The translations under genes were made by a program, and so were the position numbers. 56,461 nucleotides of DNA, from positions 1 through 56,461 of the forward strand of contig NIVC01004179.1 in assembly GCA_002269645.1 (NCBI GenBank), read 5' to 3'. The notes under the pieces are model-generated. The model searched no databases. It had not been told where the DNA came from and worked only from the letters and a program-made list of their open reading frames with translations. The stretch comes from Macrostomum lignano (lineage: Eukaryota). Positions 26,301-38,300 of this stretch are shown in pieces (positions within the stretch are counted from its first letter, which is position 1; each line of letters starts with the position of its first letter).

Positions 26301-29300
26301 TTGATTCGACCACTTCAAGACCGTGCCAGATTTCGCTGAGTTTCCCTTCGTATACTACGCACACTAAGTAGAAGAATTCTTTTTTCGGGAATCCACCCGT
26401 CATTCCAACCTGAAACCCTTGTGGATTTCTGCAGGCAATCGCAAACTTCTTTTCCTTTAAGTAACTTTCACCGCGGCTCCACTTTCTTTCAGGTTGACCT
26501 CCCCAATCCGAGCAAGGGCGCTGCTGAAGCAGCTGTCCAAGGAATCCTGGTCGACAATGCTGCTGGCTTGCAGCTTGCCGTCGGATTCACCGGCATCTGC
26601 CGTGAGCTTCGGCTGAGACTTCTTCTGAAGTGTCAGCACACCGTTCGGCAGATCCAGCACCATGCCAAGCCGCAGCTTAAACAGGTCAAACAGGCAGAAC
26701 AGCTGAGTGTTCCAAACCTTTCCCGAATCGCCGTCCGCAGGCGCCTGAACGCACGAGCTCCTCCTCGCTCTGTGGCGTCTGATTAGCTTCATTGGTATTC
26801 TTTGCTCTTTCGAGCTTCAACTTTGCTCCAAGGCAAATAATTTTAAAAGGTTTTATCTGGCCCGTAGTCTCACCAATCACTTCTAATTCGAAAGAATCAG
26901 TGTTCTGTCGGGCTGAATCTTGGCTTCAAAATGTAAGAGCTTGAATGTCAGATCAATTTTTTTACTTAGAGATTTAACTTGCCCTCGAGTTTGAATTTCT
27001 CGGCAACAATTGCAGCCAAATCTCCCAGGCTAAAGTCGATCTTTTGTCGAGGAACAACTATGGTCCATGGTTGCTTTATCTCCAGGGGTAGCTCGACCTT
27101 GCAGTCTACGATTCGCAGGTGCTTCACTTCAGGTCTTCCAAGACAAAATGCGAAGTTCAGAGTCGCAAGCTTGAAACTGCTGTCAAACTTTTTATCGCTG
27201 CCCTCTTCGCCATCCGCAGACGCGCCAGCTATTTCTTGCTGTTTCTTTTCAACTCGAATCTTCAAGTCCTCGAGTCGGAGTAAGGTGCAGTTTGGAATTA
27301 GGCAAAGCCGCTGCAGTCCGAGCACAAGCACCCAAACATCGGGTTCCACCGCCTTCGTCCAGCTGAAATGAACTCCAACATCCGAAAGTATCAGGCCAAA
27401 GTCTGGCAAACTTGTCTTTAGCACACGGCCAAAAAGCTCGTTCAGTTTGATGTCTTCCGGAAGCCTTGCAGTGCTGCCGGTTCCGTCAAAAGATTCCGGC
27501 AATTCCAACAGCCAGCACTGGCGACCTTTTTCAGCCGGTCTGTGGAATTTCAGTTTGAGCCTACCCAGTCTAAAATCAGCCAGGGTCAGGTCAGCTGTCA
27601 GCTTGAAGTCAGACGTCGCTGAGTTGGAGTAAGTCCACAAGAAATCGATTTCAACAGATCCCAGCTTCAGTAGACTTGTGAAAGGCAATCTCAGCTCCTT
27701 GATTTTTGCCTCAAGTGTCAGTTTGTGAGTCTGACTGGCGGCGGCTTTGCTTTCTTTACCAGACTCTCCAGCTTCTGATGACCCGGCTTTGATGGAACAG
27801 CTTTCTTGGCTGCTCTTCGATGCTCCAAGCTCTGTCCTGTTCTCGTACCTCACTCTGAGCTTCTCAAATTTCACGAACTTAAGAAGTGGGACGTCAACTA
27901 GACTTGAGTTGATCTTCAGCAGTTCAGCAAAGGGTTTTATTAGTTCCACCAGAGTAAATTGGGCTTCAATATGAGCATTCAATGTGAACTGCATTGAGTC
28001 CTTGTCTCTTTTAACTTCTGACACGTAATCCAGGATAGGCAGAGTCAGGAATCGGATTTTTCCTTTAAGCGAGACCTGAAAGTGCCTGTCCTGATCGAAA
28101 CTGGTTACTTTCATGCTGAATTCCGAATCTGTGAGCTCAATCTTCATCAGGCCTTTCTTCAATTTAATCAAGTCAATTGTCATCGCCAGCTCGCAGGTTT
28201 TCTCTTTGAAGTCTAAATAGCCACTGACGAGCTTGTCAAGATTGGTTCTGACCAGCACTTCTGGTATTGCCTCGGCTGACACTTCGAAATTCTTAGACAC
28301 AAACGTTTGAAGACTGAAAGTTCCTGTACCATTTTGACGCGGCAAGACCTTCAACTCGTTGCTGGATGTCAAAACAAATCTCGAGCCATTGTCTTCACAT
28401 TTTAGTAGAAGCTGACAATCAAGAATGTCGAATACGGCATAGAAAGTGCACTTCGTTGGGCTTTCAGTTCTTATCTGCACACAGAAGGCTTTGCCTGCTA
28501 AGAGCTTTGAGACTCTGAATGAGTAGCTCTTGGTCAGAGTTTCTAGTAAGAATCTCTTTAAGCTGTTGTCGAAATTCCACTCGATATCAACAGCTGTTTC
28601 GGTAAACTGCATTACTGATGGAACACCGTAGTTGGACAGGTCAACACCCCGCCCCATGCATTCTGCCAGCAGGGACACTACGTCAGTACTTGAGTAGTGC
28701 GTTTTCAGATCGCACTGACTGACTGCCCAATGCTGGTCGTTGATGGGGTAGGAGGCGGACAGAGTTGGAGTTTTCAGCTTCGCGCAGTTTCCCAGCTCCA
28801 GAACCATTGACAGACTTGGATAGCGGAGCATTTCGTCAATGAGGGTGTGCACCTCTCCTCTGCTGGTGCTCAGCTCTATTTCTGTAAGAGTCAACATAGG
28901 GCTGAGGCTGACGGGCTTCATATTAAGCATCATTTCTAATTCTTTTGGCTTCGTCCAATCGTTCCACTCCATCGAGTAGTTGCATTTTTCAACCATGACT
29001 CCTCTAGTGGCTTCATTCTCTCGCGACAGCCGGCTCGCTACAAGTACAGAAAGGTCGAACGGCTCAATAGATTTGTCATCGGTTTGTAGCTTCCAACAAG
29101 TTCTTTTTTCTGCATTCCTATCCGCTGTCTGACACTGCAACTTGTTCTCATGCTCACACAGTAGAATGCTGAAGTGTCCTAAGTTCTGTCCGTGCAGAAT
29201 GAGATCTCCCTCAATCAGGCTGCCGCACCATTTCTGATGCGCGGCCTTCCTTCCATGGTTCCGCAACACCATGCTGACTGACCGCAGCACAAGCTGGCTA

Positions 29301-32300
29301 TCAACCTCGGAGTGAATGTCAGAAGAAGCTTTTGCTGTTAACTTTAGTTTCCATTTTGATATGTCAATGCGAATTTCCACTCCGCTGATTGGCACATTCG
29401 GGAACGGCTGCTGCACCTCCAAGTTCATGTCCTTCATTAGCTTGAGCAAGAGGCTTCCTCCATCATCTTTCGCCTGACTGGAAGAACAAAGCGTTAGTTG
29501 CAGCTGCTTGGACTTACCGGCCCCTGTTTCTTGTGCTCGTGTTATTTTTAAATCAAACTCGATGCCTAAAAGCGACAGCAGATCCATCTTTCCTTTTATG
29601 CGCACGACCATGTCCGACGGCTCCTTGCCCTCGATGACCAGCTGGGCCTTGTAAAACTGCATACTCGCTGTGTATTGATTCTGCATCTCGAAGTTGGAGA
29701 TTTGCGCTTCCATGCTGACTTGGCCTGATGAGTCAACCCGAAAGCTCTCCACACGATTGATCTGAGACTTTTCTGACAAGCCTGCCACCTCCTCGTCGGA
29801 GGCTTTGAAGATTTGCTTGATAAACATCCGAAGATTAACGTTTTTAGTTTCCGCTATCTTCGATTGAAACTGAAGTTCGGCGATAATATCCGATGAAACT
29901 CTCGCGAGCTTGATGCCGAACATGCTCAAAACTCCCTTCACCTTGCACTTCCAATGCCCACTCGACTCGTGAAGATGCAGCTCTACTTCCCCTATGCTGA
30001 AAGGAAAATTTCGATTAGGTAGTTCGAGCGCTCGGTTTTCTGGCGCACTTATTATGACTCGCGCATCAGACTGCTGCTCTTTGATTTCCATGCTTTGTAC
30101 CGATAAAGTCAAGACCTGCTTAGCAGAAAACCAACTTATGAAGGCCAGCGACTCAGGGACCTCTTCCAAGCAAAAAGAGATTATGCTAATTATCTTTGTG
30201 CTGCACTCAGCCTCAAAAGGGTCGATTTTTAGCAGCGTTTGCGACATGTCGATTGTTCCTTTAAAAGTACTTTTCTTTTTTGCTTCCTTAACCTGCATCT
30301 TGCCCGTTAGAAAAACAGTTTTCGTGTGTTGAATTTCCAGTTGAACGTCTTCGAAACTGAACAACTTGAAAGCCGGCCATCCATAATTGATTTTTTCATC
30401 GAAAGTCAGCTTAAAGAAGTTCGAGTCTTCAACCGCAGCAATCATAATTCTGTTGCATATTTCTTTTGCTCTTTCGTTCCAATATGGAATTTTGGGGGGC
30501 AGAAAATTTCTGAAAATAAAAACATCGCTCGGTTTCAAGAGTTTGATTTGAAAGAAATCATATCCCGAGGAGTTGGACTGAAGGCTGAGGTCGACCTCAT
30601 TTCCTTTTCTTGTATCTCCTGAGCTAAGCACAGCTTTTAGTTTGGCAGAGAAAACTCGCCTCTCCATATCAATAGAGAGTTTTCCGTGCAGATCCGACAT
30701 CTTTACTTGGATTCCAAGAAACCGATGGCAGTCAGCTGACTCTACAGCAAAACTGATGTTTGCGAAGTCTTTGAGCCGCGGAGTAACAGTTTGTACCGCT
30801 GAGCTACCAATTGAAACTCATTGGTTTTGCTGCTTCCAATTTTGAATCTGGTATTGTGATAACACTCGCTTATTGCTCTAGTTAAATCCAATGGAGAGGT
30901 TGCTACTTCTGTTTGCTCTTTTCCATTGCTAGAAAGATGAACTGGAATGTTTCCCTCGGCAAAGAGACCAATTCTAGCCTTGAATTCCCACATCGGCTTT
31001 CCTTTCTTTACTGTCATACTGAAGTTGCTGTCCGCGAAGTAAACATTTGCACTTTCACCGCTACCGTCTTTAAGCTGGTACTCTATGAGCTCGGGATCCG
31101 AGATAGCAGTAGTTCTGCAGAGGAACTGGTTGAACTTCAATGATTTCACTACACTTGGCCCATCGAAATGTCTCAAAAATTTTGTAGGAACAGCATTCTC
31201 CAAGCTAACACTTCCTTGTTCCAAATGAATATTAACAACAATATTAGACCCACCGAATGAGCAGCAGAATTCCCAACTGAAATTAAGTGCTTCCTTTTCA
31301 TTACTGGTAAGGTCACCGACTACTTTCCACAGGAAGTCTCCAGCCTTATTGTTGCAAAGCAAGTGCCGACACTTCAGTTCACTCTCGAATGGCAAAAGTA
31401 TGTTGGTAATAACAGGATGAAAGTGTTCGGAGTGGGACAGCTTCACTTTTGCATGAGCCTCTGGATCCCTCTGCAGTCGGCTGATGGCACAGCCCATGCT
31501 GCTGGTTACGCTCTGGATTTCATCACCTACAAATTGGACAAGAGCTCTCTCTGCAGACTTTGACTTGCATTTCATTAAGACGATAATATCCATTAGCTTT
31601 CTGTCATGAATTGCCTCAACTTTTTGAACGGATTTTAAATTGAATCTGGGCGAGAGAATTCGTCCAGACATGTAGTACTCCTCTTTGTACTTCAACGACT
31701 TCGACATCATTTCGCCCACCTGACATCTCAGCGTCTCATCAAAAATGTCTTCCATGAGACTCGATGCATCAAGCAGCATTCCATTTTCAATAAAAAATAA
31801 AATGTGTCTCAGATCTCTTGCGGTCACTTGCTCCCTTTTTGCCTTTTCTGACGTTTTAAAATCGTTGATGAGACGTCGAACGATGGAAGCAATTTCGTTG
31901 TTGCATAGAGTTCCATCTCTTAGCGGCGCGAACAGGTCAGGAAAGCAGTCCGTTTGCGGATCCAACTTGGGACAGAAAATCTCAATGCAGCGGTTGCGGA
32001 AAGATTCAGACAGCTGAAAGCTGCTACTTCTACCGATTGTTGCTGTGCAGATGAGAGCAAACCCAGGTTTCGGATCGATTCCGCCCTTCGGTCCGTCAGT
32101 GAGAGCCACTTCATGGACGTACAATCGCTGGCCCGACTCGCCAATGGAATTGAGCCTCTCGATCACCTCTGGTCGCGCGTGGTCAACATTGTCCAGCAGG
32201 ATCCAGTTACCATTCTTCATCGACTTTACTAGAGGCCCGTCAACAAACTGAAAGCTGTTTTTGGAGCCACTGCTGACCGGGGAGAAGCCGCCAATGAGGT

Positions 32301-35300
32301 CGCAGACGTCAGTATCAGCATGAACCGCAACAGTGACCAGCTGCTTGCTGCACCGCCGAGCCAGCTCTGCAACTGCGCTGCTCTTTCCGGAAACTGGAGG
32401 TCCTAGTAGAAGTAAGATTTTACCACTTCCAATCGATTGTTGCAGGAGACGCACGAGTCTGTCGGATGCGTCGCAAGGATTCAGCCTCTGACTTGAGTGT
32501 AAGAAGTCCCCGCGGCTGGTAAAAGCTCTCTTAGCTGTTTCTTCTGGAGACTCGCAAACAGCTAGTTTGCTTATCAGCTCCTGGGTTTCGGAACTACTGG
32601 AAGAACTACATTCGCAGTATACAATACCAAGAGCTTCTTTCACAGTGTTATGCGCGTTCAACAAGCCGACAACCTTTTCTACATCTCTAAGATTGAATTT
32701 ACGATCAAAGTGGCCAGACGGGCATGCGTGATCTTTACAGCTAGCAACCATTTGCCAGTGAAATGAAGCCACTGCTTCAGTATTCGGACCAAATTCATTT
32801 CGAAACTTTTCGATTATTTCTTGCATCTCTTTCTCTCCGATGACGTCCACGCTTACCTCCGTTAGCAGCTTTGACAGAGCTGGCGGCAGCTCCTGGCGTC
32901 CTCCGCCAGAACTTGCCGGGTTCATCGCGCACACAAACTGCAGCTGCAATGCGACATGTTATGGAGAACAGCGTTTTACAGATTACTTTTGACTAAACTT
33001 TCTGTATACAACTAGGAAACCCTAATGATAAATAACTCAATTTTCTATAATTTCAACAGCGTTGTGTCAATTGCTTCTTACCTTTTTCAGGGAATATTCC
33101 TTAGAGTTTACAACCATCTTTATGCCTTTAGGATGCTTCATGATGCCTAAAATAATTTCAGAGAACACTGTCAATCAAGAAAATAACATAAAACGATAAA
33201 ATGTACTTCTATTAAAAGCGATTTGTTCTGCTTACCAATAATTGTGCTCAGAACATTGCTGGGAGCCAAATTAATTTCGTCGAATAAAATAACGGCTCCT
33301 TGATATTCATCGGAACTTTTCGGTTTTCTGCCCGCCATTCGAGCGGAGTCGGCCACTGCTGCCTGCTCCAGAATTGCACCCTCTCTGAATTGAAATGTCA
33401 TTTTGGTAGCCTTAGTTCCCGAATTCGAGTGCGCCGTTGGAACAAATGACCCAAATAGGTCTTCTTGAGAAAGATCACTAGAGCAGGAAATTCTGATGAA
33501 CTTCTTTTTAAGAACCGATTCTGCAAATATCCTCGTGATTTGGGTCTTGCCAACTCCCGGAGGTCCAACGAGGTTGACCACTGATTCAGTGTAATGAGCA
33601 ATTAGCAAGTGGCTAAGTACTTCTTTTGCCCGCCGGGTTACTGTCAGATTCTGACTCACTCTTTGAAACTCCTGTTCTGAGAATAGCGATGCTTCAGACA
33701 GAATTTCGTTTGGACTGTCACTTTGTGGAAATTCCTGCTTCAGGGCGAGACTAAAAGGTGATTTGCAACATTTTGGAGGAATTTTTGCAAATGATGCCAT
33801 GTTGACTAGGCTCTTCACACTCAGAATTCCATTTGAGAGTTTCAAGGCTTCGCTAAGGCCACGGTCGATGTCTTCCGACAAAGAGGAAGGGATTGACGAT
33901 TCTCTGCTCAGGATATCCCGAAAGAAGACTTCAGCCTCGCTGCCTCTGCTCACATCTGTCAGCTGAGGATCTCGCACATGAATCACTGTGTACCGCGACC
34001 TCATTGAGGGCGAGATGTCTTTGTCCGTTGGCAAAGAGATTGTGGCTATTAGCCTAAAGTTCACGCTCAAAGCGATCGGAGCATCAAACTGATGAGGATG
34101 AGTAAAGCTGGGCTCTAACTCGGTCACGCTGTTGAGACACTCAATAACTGCCTGATCAGCAAGGTTAATGTCTCTCAGGAAGGCAATTCCACCGAAGCGA
34201 ATATTTCTCATGATTCCCCTCTCACAGAAAGGAAAAATCTGAGATCCCGATGAGCAAAGGGACAAGTTTTGCAATGTTTCATGCGCGAACGCTGCATCAG
34301 AGAGGAGGCATTGCTGAGGACAGCCGATAAAATCAGCTGAGTGCTGCTTCAGTATGTCGCAAAACTGACTTGACTTGCAGCTCTTCCATCTCTCTACTGC
34401 AGGTGATTGCTTGAATGGGGCTGGTAGTTCGTTTGTAAGTCGATTTCTAAGCTTGGAGCAAGTGCTTTCGAAGTACGATGTGCATTTACTGAAGCTCTTT
34501 GCCTTGCTCGGATACCGCGTCATCAGCAACTGTGCAGCTGGATTGGCGCAAGTCTCTTCGAAGGACTCCGCTGAGTGCGGCTCGATCCCGCCAAACAGAT
34601 CTCGGGTCTCGGTTAGATCCGACATGTACAAAGTAGTCAGTCTGCAAAGCTCAGGAGCACCAAAGTCTACGATTTGAGTCAGGTGGCGCACCATCGTTGC
34701 TTTAAAATTCGTCCGGCCTTCGAGCACCACGGGCTCAGCGAAGTGGAGCGCCAGTGCAAGCTTGCAAAGGCTCAGCTGTTCGCTCCTTATCATGGGCTGC
34801 GGAAGGCTTTTCTGCAGCGCTTTCAGCTTCACAGACACAGTTGCCGACACAGCTACATCTCGAAAGAAAATTTCAAAGAGCCAATCGTTTTCGACGCATT
34901 CAATTTTGCAGTCCAAAACTGCTGCTTGAGGTGGAAATAGGTCCATCAAAACGGCAACGTGTAGCTTCACCTTTTCCAGCCAATTTTCTGCGCTCAAATC
35001 TTCCGTAATTGTGAGTCGCCTCACAAGCTTTAAAAGAGTTCTCAAGGTTGTTAAGTTCGATTGGTTGTGGTGACCCTGCAAATATTTAACAAGCTCTTGG
35101 ATTCGAGTTCTCATCTCCGAGCTTGATAGCTCGCTACTAAAGAGATTTTTTGCCACATTTTTCATGAATGACCTTGCTCCGTGGTATAGTCCTGATAGAC
35201 TTTTTATTTCGCTGCTGGGTTTGTTCTGCTTCATCGAGTCTGCAAAACATGCTACTTTTCCGTAGAGGATGTCGACGATCTCATCGCGAGTGTAATCTGG

Positions 35301-38300
35301 CACCGAGTACTTCACCAGTCTGGCCAGCACAGGTTCTGGAAGGCACTGTCTTCCAACATATTCTGTCGGATTTTGCGTACCCACAAGGCAAACTCCGGGT
35401 GAACATCAAGCCATTGTTGTCGAATCGAGCAACGAAATTTGCTGCCACCGCTCAGAAGAGGCGTCAGATAGCTCGTGACTTCGGGCGATGCCAAATTAAG
35501 CTCGTCCGCAATAAATATGCTTCCTTCTCTCATGGCCTTGCTCAGCGGCCCTTCTTTGAACTTGGCCTTCGTTCCATCAGGCAGATAGCAGCCCATTAGG
35601 TCAGTAACAACTGTGTCCTTGTTGAACAGAAATATAACTGGCCTGGCCGCATAGCCTAAATGATTGCTCACTAGCTTTACAAGCGATGTTTTGCCTACTC
35701 CGGAGTGCCCTTCCAGCAGCACGGGAATCTTCATTCTGAGGAGAACCATTAACAGGCCAGCCAGTTTCTGTCGAGACTCCCCAAGAGTGTACACTGGACT
35801 GTCAAGAATAACATTCTGTGTCCATTCGTGTTTGCATTCTACGGACGACTCAAGCACTAATTCTGCAATGCTTTCAACTACTTGAAACCAGTCATAAAGA
35901 GAATAATTTTTGCCATCTAAAGCGATAGGCTTCTTGGCCAAGTAATTGGTTCCGTTTACGAATTGGGCTATCTTCCCGATCGAGGCGTAAATCAGTTTAC
36001 ATTTTATCGTCGAATCTTGTTCGCGCATCGGCAAGTGACGGAACATCAAGTCCAGAATTCTTCGAGCATTGTTTCTGCTCATTCGATTCGCGATAAAGGA
36101 TTCGACATCCGAGCTCAATATGTTTTCCGGCACGTAAAATATGACGAAACGACTGAGGAACGACTGGGGCAACTCGAATAGTTCGTTCTGACGCTGCTGA
36201 CTGAATGTGGCGAGCACAAAGAAGCTTGGATCAACCGGCACCATCTTGCCGTCAATTAGATAGCGGCGCTCTGGCCCTGTCTCCAATAGTGCGTTCAGAG
36301 ACTCCAAGACTGCCTTTTCTACCAAGTTAATCGACCTGAGTACCAGGCATTTTCCCTCTTTGATAGCTCGAGCTACTGGTCCGTCAACCCATTGGAATAC
36401 GGCTCCTGAATCCTAAAATGCAACATCAAAAATGATGTCAAAGATAAAAAGATAAGGTACTCGTACATGAGTTTTCGAGAGCTACGGTAAATAAATAAGT
36501 ACAAAAGCTCACCTGGGGCTGAAACTGTCCCACAGATCATCAGTTGATGTTTCAGAATGGCAATAGTATTCCTCAAGTTCGATGTTTCTCTTCTTTGCCC
36601 AAATCCAAATGGCGGTGAATTTTCCCGAGAAGCTTTCCCCGACCAGCATGCCGGGCCTCTTCGTGTCATGACAGAGATCAAGATACTCCATAGTGTCGCT
36701 GTAGGTGCTGAGTACTGCCACTTCGCCAATTCTCAGGTCGGATAGATTTTGGGACACCTGCTTGGGTCCGAATTCCATTTGCAAACTTTCTTGAACAAGC
36801 GTATGAGTTTCTTCAGCTTGCGAAGCAGTATTTTCGCTGTGCCGAGAAAAAAGACACATGAGCCGGTTTGTCACTTCCTCGGGCTTAGAATTGATAATAA
36901 TGTCTTGAGCATGCAGCAAATCTCGAAGAGTAACATGCAGTTTATCTTTGAACTTCCTGTAGATTGAAATCAGTTTATCGGCCATTTGAGTATTGCCGTC
37001 TGAGCATCTGCCTTTTAATATTTTTTCGACATCATCATCAGGCAGCTTTGAAAAAGTTAAGCGGACAAAGTGGCTCATAAGAGACTTTGAGAAACGAAGA
37101 CTGTCGAATCCAAAAACAACGACATTCGAATTTTGACAAAGGAAAAGGCGAAAGTTCGGGTGGCGTCGGTAGCACAGACATCCATTCTCCGCATCTGACT
37201 GGCCGGCGATGAGGCTGTCCCGAATTTGCAGCATCCCTGTGTCCAGAACGTCCTCCAAAACCCGCAAAACAGCGTCACTCGCCAGATTGGCCTCGTCCAA
37301 CAGAAGCCAATAGCCGTCCCTGACTGCTCGGGTAAAGATGCCTGGCTCGAACCGGAACTGCGATCCGGATCCCGAACCAGCGAATCGAACACTCCCGAGT
37401 AGGTCTGCCGCGCTGGTGTGTGGTGACAGGGTAAATCGCAGCAGCGGGGCGCCGGAGATGGCAGCGCAATACCGAACTGAGAACGTCTTTCCTGTGGCTG
37501 GTTCGCCTTCAATAAAGACGGGCATGTTGGAGTTGATCAGCAGTAATAGGCGCTCAACATTTTCTTTGGTCCGGTCAGTAAATACGAAGTTCATTGTTTC
37601 GTGGCTCTCAACCGCTTGTTTCATGCTTTCTGAAATTTCCGATGGAACACTTTCTAGACTTTGTCTTGGCAGTCTTATTCGCAAGTGATCGTCGAAGAGC
37701 TCCTCAACTTCTAGCTCTCTATTTTCGTGGATACTCAGAAAGAGCTCCTGTACAAAATAATTTTCTTGAGGTAGCTTTCCTTGGAGTTTCAAATGCTTCG
37801 TAAGCTTCTCGTGGCTGAACTCAGACATCAGAGTATCCATGTACTTTTTGTCACTCCTTTTCCCTGCTTTGATGAATGGCAGAAATCTGTTTTTGTCTTT
37901 ATTTGCTTTAGTTTGTTGTTGCTTTTTCGCAGTCGGCTGTGTAATACCAACAGGTGTGGGTAGCGGTCGACTAGACCTCACGCTCCACCTATTGCTTTTG
38001 CTTTTCTTAGCCACCTGCTGCTCCAGAACAGTCACCTTTTGATCCACTGAGCCTATGATAATGTCAAGACATCGCGCGTCCAACACCTCATCTGGCAAAG
38101 CGACCTCATCGGAATCTTGCTTTAACTTCCGGATCTGAATCACTGACTCTTCGGATGGGTTCACCAAATAGTAGGCGTTCTCGAGAGGATCCGTGGCCAG
38201 CCTTATTGGAGCATCGAGTGCTGCTTCACCGGCCTGAGTGACGTCCCAGTCAACAGACAGAGCAATCACATCGGTCGCGGTTAAGCTGTCGACAATACAG

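Noticed and set aside
29725-29743. CTGATGAG-TCAACC-CGAAA minimal hammerhead-like core
   Set aside because: No stem I/III pairing or cleavage triplet could be built, and it lies antisense within coding sequence. CTGATGAG near 41696 likewise lacks GAAA and a stem.
31900-37600. Dynein heavy chain or RNF213 assignment for the six AAA modules
   Set aside because: No dynein stalk/MTBD or RING/E3 region is seen, and the motifs and C-terminal vWA are midasin-type.
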